Assembly: GCA_008932965.1 (NCBI GenBank)
Contig: WBXG01000031.1
Coordinates: forward strand, 1 to 20,864
DNA: 20,864 nt
Reading direction: 5' to 3'
Source: Verrucomicrobiota bacterium
GTDB lineage: Bacteria; Verrucomicrobiota; Verrucomicrobiia; Chthoniobacterales; UBA6821
Below the pieces are notes generated by a model, which worked only from the letters and a program-made list of their open reading frames with translations, did not search any database and had not been told where the DNA came from. Positions 15,264 through 20,864 of this stretch are shown one piece after another. The position numbers were made by a program, and so were the translations under genes. Positions within the stretch are counted from its first letter, which is position 1; every line of letters begins with the position of its first letter.

Positions 15264-15740
15264 TTAATAAAGCTGATCATTCCCTTTCTCCTTTTCTGAA
15301 AGTATTTCAATAAACTCGCTAGGAGAGAGAGAGAGGATCAGTTTTTCTAATTTAGAAGAATCATTACAGACGCGAGAGATAGAGCCCATCACGCGAAGAT
15401 ACTCTTGATTGAGTGCATGGGGGATAGCGATTACAAAAAACAAATGAACCAATTCATCCACATGATTGAATGAGACTCCGCGATGGCTTCTTCCAACAGC
15501 CATCACAAAATCTCGAACACTATTGGTGCGGCCATGGTAAAGCATAGCAACTGTTTTTTTATTGCAAGAAAGAGGGAATGGAGGGGGAATAAGAATCGAA
15601 CTCAATAAGGAATTCCAGTCGGAGACACGTTCATCTTTTTTTAAATGTTCTAGAATTTCTTCTAAAACAGACTCTTCTTTTTCTGAGTTGAGTGAAAGAA
15701 ACAGAGACTTTGGAAGTAAAAATAATGACAGATCAGCCAT
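15264..15740 (-). CDS. PTS EIIA type-2 domain protein (PtsN / EIIA-Ntr-like)
   Basis: 158 aa. VAMLYHGRT occupies the position of the phospho-histidine loop (GIAIPHG in EIIA-Ntr). LFFVIAIPHALNQEYLRVMGSISRV resembles the second conserved block. Confidence 0.6.
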   Translation of the reverse strand: MADLSLFLLPKSLFLSLNSEKEESVLEEILEHLKKDERVSDWNSLLSSILIPPPFPLSCNKKTVAMLYHGRTNSVRDFVMAVGRSHRGVSFNHVDELVHLFFVIAIPHALNQEYLRVMGSISRVCNDSSKLEKLILSLSPSEFIEILSEKEKGNDQLY

Positions 15741-15786
15741 GAAGAATGTTATTATAGGGTGTTAAAGTTATAATGAGACGTTTTAA

Positions 15787-15828
15787 CCCGCATACTTCAT
15801 ACTGAAGTGTTATGAGGCGCCGTGAAGC
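15787..15828. repeat. solo terminus fragment of the repeat family (B-type right arm, inverted orientation)
   Basis: cccgcatacttcatactgaagtgttatgaggcgccgtgaagc resembles the reverse complement of 3987-4031 (cccgcatatttcatactggttcgtcgtgaggcgccgcgaatc). It is preceded by TTAA (15783-15786) and lies about 38 nt downstream of the nadK stop. Confidence 0.65.
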
Positions 15829-15865
15829 TTATTAGTACAAGGAAAACTTCTCAATGGAATAAACT

Positions 15866-16813
15866 CTACAAACGAGGTGTTTGGTTTTTTTTATTTTTGA
15901 GATTGCTTCCAGTCCACTGAAGTTTTTGGCACAAGACTTCGGCAAAAGTTGTTTCTGGAAGCATGACAAGGGGGAGTTTTTGTGGGGCCGTAGATAGGAG
16001 AAGGCTTTCATCTGGTTGCAGAAGCCTCGCATCACGGCCATCAAGGCTCATAAATACTTCTTGTGATCCAGTAGCTTGAATGGTGATTTTACTTTGATCA
16101 GAAATCACCATAGAGCGATTGCTAAAAGCGTGGGGACATATTGGGGAAATAAGTAACACATGACTTTCAGGAACTACTACAGGGCCTCCTGCAGCTAAGG
16201 AATAGGCAGTGGATCCAGTTGGTGTAGCAATAATGAGACCATCAGCGTGATATTCAGTAAAAAAAACATCATCAATAAAAACAGAAAGACTCACTAAGCG
16301 TGAGCGTTCACCTCGACTAATGACAACATCATTAAGAGCATTTCCAACAATTTTATTTTTTTTCCATTTATTGGAAATGGTGACCTCCAAAAGGCTTCGG
16401 TAACTTAAAACATAACTCTGTTCCGCCAAGCATTGAATAGCTTTTTTGTAGTCTTGAGCATTGAGGCAGGTGAGAAAACCCAGAGAACCGATGTTCAGTC
16501 CAAATATCGGTTTTACATAATTTACCGTTTGATGCAATGCACGCAGAATGCTTCCGTCGCCACCCATTACAAGAAGTATATCACACTGCTTGGCAAGAGT
16601 TCTTTCATCAAGGTTGGAGGGTTTTCCAATAAGGGCAGCAGTATCTTTCTCCATTAAAAAAGAGATTTTTTTTCGTTGGAGTTCTTTTACTACAAGCTCT
16701 ACAGCCTGAGCTGCACCCTCTTTTCCAGCATGAGCGATCAGACCAATAGTCATCGATGTGAGAGAAGGATGGGGAGGATTTTTATGGGGAAGGGGCTCTT
16801 TGATGGTTTTCAT
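15866..16813 (-). CDS. nadK: NAD(+) kinase
   Basis: Contains the GGDGSILRA motif and the downstream NDVVISRG and ADGLIIATPTGSTAYSLAAGGP blocks. The ATG at 16813 is 6 nt after the tlyA stop. An alternative ATG at 16753 (MTIGLIAHAGKEG) looks like a more typical NadK N-terminus. Confidence 0.9.
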   Translation of the reverse strand: MKTIKEPLPHKNPPHPSLTSMTIGLIAHAGKEGAAQAVELVVKELQRKKISFLMEKDTAALIGKPSNLDERTLAKQCDILLVMGGDGSILRALHQTVNYVKPIFGLNIGSLGFLTCLNAQDYKKAIQCLAEQSYVLSYRSLLEVTISNKWKKNKIVGNALNDVVISRGERSRLVSLSVFIDDVFFTEYHADGLIIATPTGSTAYSLAAGGPVVVPESHVLLISPICPHAFSNRSMVISDQSKITIQATGSQEVFMSLDGRDARLLQPDESLLLSTAPQKLPLVMLPETTFAEVLCQKLQWTGSNLKNKKNQTPRL

Positions 16814-16819
16814 GTTTTT

Positions 16820-17581
16820 TTACATGGAAGATATATTGGATGAGGGGCGCAAGAGGGCCAAAAATTCAATATTACCAGTCATTCCAGGGAGTGGAGATTC
16901 CATGACTTGTTCAAAATAATATCCTTCATTTTCTACCCAAAGGCGAATCGAGTCTACAGCTTTTTGTCGCAATAAAGGATCACGTACTATTCCACCACGA
17001 GCCACCTCTTTACGGGAGAGTTCAAATTGTGGCTTGATTAAAACAATGAGGCATCCTTCTGGTTTTACTAGAGAAAAGGCTGCTGGAAGGATACGGGTAA
17101 GGGAAATAAAACTTAAATCTCCCACAATCAGGTCAAAGAGTTCTGTGAAATCGCTAGGTTGAAGGTAGCGTGCATTGATTCCTTCACGAATTTCTACTAA
17201 CGGGTGCTGCCTCAAGGACCAGGCTAGCTGACCAGTGCCAACATCAATACCAGTTACTTTTTTAGCACCATGTTGTAGCAAACAATCTGTGAACCCACCT
17301 GTAGAGGAGCCTAAATCCAAGCAGTTGAGTCCCTCAGGATTAATAGAAAAACCCTTTAATGCTCCCTCTAGCTTATGACCACCACGACTCACATAGCGCT
17401 CTCGTTGGCTTAGGGTAAGGAGACTAGTTATAGGAATTTTTGTTCCAACTTTAGTAATAGGTTTTCCATCAACAAAGACTTGTCCTGCAAGAATAGAGCG
17501 TTGTGCTTTTTCACGAGATTCAAAAAATCCTTTCTCATGAAGGAGTTGGTCAAGCCTAATACGAATCACAGAAGCACTCAT
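16820..17581 (-). CDS. tlyA: TlyA-family rRNA (cytidine-2'-O)-methyltransferase
   Basis: It has an S4-like N-terminus (RLDQLLHEKGFFESREKAQRSILAGQVFVDGK) and an FtsJ-type SAM fold (YVSRGGHKLEGAL, CLDLGSSTGGFTDCLL). The ATG at 17581..17579 overlaps the HAD stop (TGATG). The track start at 17584 is a TTG one codon upstream. Confidence 0.88.
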   Translation of the reverse strand: MSASVIRIRLDQLLHEKGFFESREKAQRSILAGQVFVDGKPITKVGTKIPITSLLTLSQRERYVSRGGHKLEGALKGFSINPEGLNCLDLGSSTGGFTDCLLQHGAKKVTGIDVGTGQLAWSLRQHPLVEIREGINARYLQPSDFTELFDLIVGDLSFISLTRILPAAFSLVKPEGCLIVLIKPQFELSRKEVARGGIVRDPLLRQKAVDSIRLWVENEGYYFEQVMESPLPGMTGNIEFLALLRPSSNISSM

Positions 17582-18249
17582 CAATGATTGGGTTGCAAAG
17601 TCAGTAGTTGTTTAGGTTGATCAAAAATAAAATCGGGATCCATTGTAGCCAGGATAGAAGCTGAATTGTACCCCCAGGTAACAGCTGCTATACGAATGGG
17701 AACAGATTTAGTAGCCTCGATATCACGAGTTTCATCCCCAATGTAGATGATTTCATCTGCATTCCATTGATGCTCTTTCATCAGCTTTCGTATCTCTCGA
17801 CTTTTTCCAAGAAGCTTAGAGGAAGTCGAAATAAATTCAAAGCAGTCGATATGGTGCTGTTTTAAAAATGCAGTGACACTAAATTCTGAATTAGAAGTTA
17901 AAATGCCCAGTTGAAATCCCCGTGATTTTAGCTCGGCGAGTATTTCAGGCATCTCAGCAATAGGTTTCACCTCGGAAATACGTTCTTGAAACTTTGCTAA
18001 ACCACGACGGGCAATCATAGGAACACGCCACCGACTCACCCCCAAAAAACTGATGAGCTTTTGTACGGTCATATTTCGGGCCTCATGAATCTCCTCCTCG
18101 GGAAGAGATCGAAAGTGAAATTCTTGCGACAGTTCGTTTAAGATTCGTAATGCAATAGTACGTGTGTCGGCGACGGTTCCATCAAAATCAAATATCAGAA
18201 CTTTTGCCTTGCAGGAGCTAGCTTGTGGAATTTTAGAAGGTAAGAGCAT
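17581..18249 (-). CDS. HAD-superfamily hydrolase (phosphoglycolate phosphatase-like, subfamily IA)
   Basis: 222 aa with motif I FDFDGTVADT, motif II LTSNS and motif IV YIGDETRD. Confidence 0.8.
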   Translation of the reverse strand: MLLPSKIPQASSCKAKVLIFDFDGTVADTRTIALRILNELSQEFHFRSLPEEEIHEARNMTVQKLISFLGVSRWRVPMIARRGLAKFQERISEVKPIAEMPEILAELKSRGFQLGILTSNSEFSVTAFLKQHHIDCFEFISTSSKLLGKSREIRKLMKEHQWNADEIIYIGDETRDIEATKSVPIRIAAVTWGYNSASILATMDPDFIFDQPKQLLTLQPNH

Positions 18250-18381
18250 ACACTAGCGTCGCTGTAAGGTGGTGGTTTTTTTGGGATACTACTTAGAAAT
18301 TATATGAAAGGGCGTAGGAATTTTTAGAATGAGCAAGGCCGAAGACCGAATTCTATCCTAAGGTAACGTGAAGGGATAAGA

Positions 18382-18418
18382 AGGAAACTATTTCCTAAAA
18401 AACAGAAGGTTGTTTTTT
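18382..18418 (-). terminator. candidate weak terminator hairpins downstream of the aldo-keto reductase gene
   Basis: aaaaaaca/tgtttttt (18397-18404 / 18411-18418; 8-bp stem, 6-nt loop) and aggaaa/tttcct (18382-18387 / 18391-18396; 3-nt loop) lie 16-52 nt after the stop at 18434. The stems are AT-rich, so predicted stability is low. Confidence 0.25.
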
Positions 18419-18433
18419 GTAATTTCAAAGCAA

Positions 18434-19492
18434 TTAGATTCTCGCTTCTACTCTCGAGCGCAGTGAAACTGGTAGTTCCATCAAACCTTTGAATTTTCCC
18501 TCTTCTTGTTCGATTCCAAAATGATGGGAGACTAAATCATCAATACGGATCATTTCCTCCTCATGAAGTGGAGGTGTTGTTGAGGTTGTTGCAAACTCAC
18601 GAAGCTGTTGCTCATCATAAATATTAGGAAGAACCGTTGCTACGCGTGGATCACTCAAGAGCCATTGCATGGCTGCCTGACCCATAGTACGATCACCTGT
18701 TTCTAAAAAACGAAGTTGTTCTACTTTCTTGACCCCATTGAGAAGCCAGCTGCGAGGGCGATGATTGCGGTGGTCGTTGGGAGGAAAAATAGTCTCTGCT
18801 GTATACTTGCCTTCAAGCATCCCGGAGGAGTGGGGGACTCGAATGAAAAAACGAGTGTTAGATTCAGTTGCTTCTGCTACACGATGGAGTGTTTTTCCAG
18901 GATGTTGTTCTAGGAGATTATAAATATGCTGAACAACATCAGGATTCCGTTTTTCGATTGCAGCAGCTCCCTCTCCAAGCCAACCAATTGCTGGTCCTAG
19001 AGCAACTCCATGATGCATGATTTTTCCTTCTATTTTTAGGTTCTCTAATAGCTCCCATAGATCATCCTGCATTACCTGATCAAGACGAATATTGTGTAGT
19101 TGGAGCACATCAATACGATCGGTTTTAAGACGTTTGAGAGCTGCTTCTGTAGCTGCTCGGATTGCCAGTGGAGAGAAATCTTGTGGGATTTCTCGCTGTC
19201 CTCGCCGTGCATCGCCATGGTTGATAAAGTCATATCCCACCTTTGTTGCAATAACTATACGATCACGCTCTTGAGGAGTAGTGAATGCTTGAGCAATGAG
19301 CTCCTCACTTTTGCCATTTCCATAAGTGTCAGCTGCATCATACAGGGTGATGCCTAAATCAAAACCAAGACGCATTAATCTAACCGCTTCTTCATCAGTA
19401 TAATTTCCCCACCATCCTGTAGAAAGTGTCCAAAGGCCAAAACCAATTTCGCTGATTGGCAAAGTAGATCTAGACAATGCTCGATATTTCAT
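18434..19492 (-). CDS. aldo/keto reductase family oxidoreductase
   Basis: 352 aa with the LYDAADTYGNGKSEELI block (catalytic Asp/Tyr region) and overall AKR (beta/alpha)8 motif spacing. Confidence 0.88.
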   Translation of the reverse strand: MKYRALSRSTLPISEIGFGLWTLSTGWWGNYTDEEAVRLMRLGFDLGITLYDAADTYGNGKSEELIAQAFTTPQERDRIVIATKVGYDFINHGDARRGQREIPQDFSPLAIRAATEAALKRLKTDRIDVLQLHNIRLDQVMQDDLWELLENLKIEGKIMHHGVALGPAIGWLGEGAAAIEKRNPDVVQHIYNLLEQHPGKTLHRVAEATESNTRFFIRVPHSSGMLEGKYTAETIFPPNDHRNHRPRSWLLNGVKKVEQLRFLETGDRTMGQAAMQWLLSDPRVATVLPNIYDEQQLREFATTSTTPPLHEEEMIRIDDLVSHHFGIEQEEGKFKGLMELPVSLRSRVEARI

Positions 19493-19606
19493 AAGGAAGA
19501 GAGACTAACATTGGAGTTTTTATTGCACAAGAGTAGAGCAACTTTTCTATGGTGTGTGAATCGAATGGTGATGGATAGCAGCCCTTACATCACTCTTGAT
19601 GTTCTA

Positions 19607-20779
19607 TTAGAGGGATGAAGTTGTTGCTGCAAAACGTTCTACCATGCGGTTCCAGAGATCTTCTCCTTTTAAAATTTGAATTTCAATTCTGAGGTAATAA
19701 ATGGGGATTCCAAGTTCTGTAAGGCGTGGAATACGGACTGCATCTTTTTCAGTAGTGAGGATCATTGATGCATTGCGCCGTATGCAACGTTGGACAAAAC
19801 GATTAATTTCCTTTCTAGAATAGCGATGATGATCAGCATAACTTTGAGTCAGCAGAAGATGAGCTCCTAGATTGCGCAGTCCCTGTTCAAAACTTTCTGG
19901 GGAGGCAATTCCAGCAAGCACTCCAATCTTGAGATCTTGAAGATGACTCAGAGGAAGCGTCTCTCCTGTAACGATATTACAAAGCTCTACAGCACGGTGG
20001 GAGCATTCAATAATCTCTGCCGTACGATTCAATCTTCTAATGCGTTCGTGTAATGAAGTGAGATCACTTCCATTACATTTTGTAATGATAATATGAGTAG
20101 CACGTCTGAGATTTTCCGGTGGCTCTCGGAGGGTTCCTCGGGGAATGAGAAACTCATTTCCGAAGGGGGCTTCTCTATCAATGAGGACAACATCAAAACG
20201 ATGTCTTAACTTCAGGTACTGCAAGCCATCATCTAAGAGCAGAAGATCGCATCCCAAATGCTTAATCGCATAGAGTCCACTCTTAACGCGATCACGATCG
20301 ACAAGTACCGTTACTTTTTTAAGATTCTTGGCGAGCATAAAGGGTTCATCACCGGCAGTACGGGAATCAAGTAGCAAAGCGCCTCCCTCAGAGACAATAC
20401 GAGGAGCAAAGAAATCTTGATGCTTCCTAGTAACAGAAAACAAGAGTTGCAAAAAAGGCTTGGGAACACTTTTGTAGCCCCGGCTTAAAATGGCCACTCG
20501 ACGCCCGTGCTCTGTTAATTCTCGTGCTAATTTTTCTACAATGGGAGTTTTTCCAGTTCCTCCCATAGTGAGATTTCCAATGCTAATCACAGGGCATCCA
20601 ATGAGATGCTGTCTTAAGGTGCATGATCGATAGAGGGCTAAGCGAACATCAACAACTCTTCTATAGAGATAAGAGAGAAGGAGCAGAATACGACGCAAGA
20701 GTCTTGCTCGCTTACCACCACGGCGTTCCAAGATGATGTCTATTGCAGCTTGTTCTAAACTTTCAAAAAAACGACGCAT
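19607..20779 (-). CDS. lpxK: tetraacyldisaccharide 4'-kinase (lipid A biosynthesis)
   Basis: 390 aa. Contains the P-loop [15 protein letters not shown] typical of LpxK, then SRGY and DDGLQ blocks. A GGGAG Shine-Dalgarno-like sequence lies 9 nt upstream of the ATG. Confidence 0.9.
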   Translation of the reverse strand: MRRFFESLEQAAIDIILERRGGKRARLLRRILLLLSYLYRRVVDVRLALYRSCTLRQHLIGCPVISIGNLTMGGTGKTPIVEKLARELTEHGRRVAILSRGYKSVPKPFLQLLFSVTRKHQDFFAPRIVSEGGALLLDSRTAGDEPFMLAKNLKKVTVLVDRDRVKSGLYAIKHLGCDLLLLDDGLQYLKLRHRFDVVLIDREAPFGNEFLIPRGTLREPPENLRRATHIIITKCNGSDLTSLHERIRRLNRTAEIIECSHRAVELCNIVTGETLPLSHLQDLKIGVLAGIASPESFEQGLRNLGAHLLLTQSYADHHRYSRKEINRFVQRCIRRNASMILTTEKDAVRIPRLTELGIPIYYLRIEIQILKGEDLWNRMVERFAATTSSL

Positions 20780-20864
20780 GTGATAACTCCCACTCTTTTA
20801 ATGATCACTGGGAAATAATACTAAATCAATGTTCACTCTAAAATCGTTGCTCCTTCGTTATTCA

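Overview
This is a chromosomal, mostly housekeeping segment of a moderately AT-rich diderm bacterium (lpxK is present). The gene content (a GldG/DUF4340 ABC module and a DUF2723 glycosyltransferase) is compatible with a PVC/Verrucomicrobia-like lineage, but that is only a guess. All calls rest on by-eye motif recognition in the supplied ORF translations and on my own translation of the left edge.

Minus strand, left to right:
- a DUF2723-type GT-C glycosyltransferase (partial) coupled to a polyprenol-phosphate mannose synthase
- gatA and gatC
- a four-gene ABC-ATPase / ABC-2 permease / GldG-like / DUF4340 module

Plus strand: sucA, sucB, a standalone coaB and ribE.

Minus strand again: an orphan OppF/DppF-type ATPase, a PtsN-like EIIA, nadK, tlyA, a HAD phosphatase, an aldo-keto reductase and lpxK.

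I found no rRNA, intact tRNA, CRISPR array, transposase, or recognisable defence or toxin system.

The most unusual signal is non-coding: a family of about 176-bp palindromic MITE/REPIN-like elements. They have conserved termini (CCCGCATATTTCATAC...GTATGAAATATGCGGG) and YTAR-like flanks. The copies are a tandem pair, a truncated copy, an intra-operon copy and solo ends, and all sit at gene boundaries.

Secondary points are the mannose-donor synthase/DUF2723 pairing, the uncharacterised GldG/DUF4340 exporter, a CoaC-less CoaB, and a PtsN-like gene paired with an orphan peptide-type ATPase.
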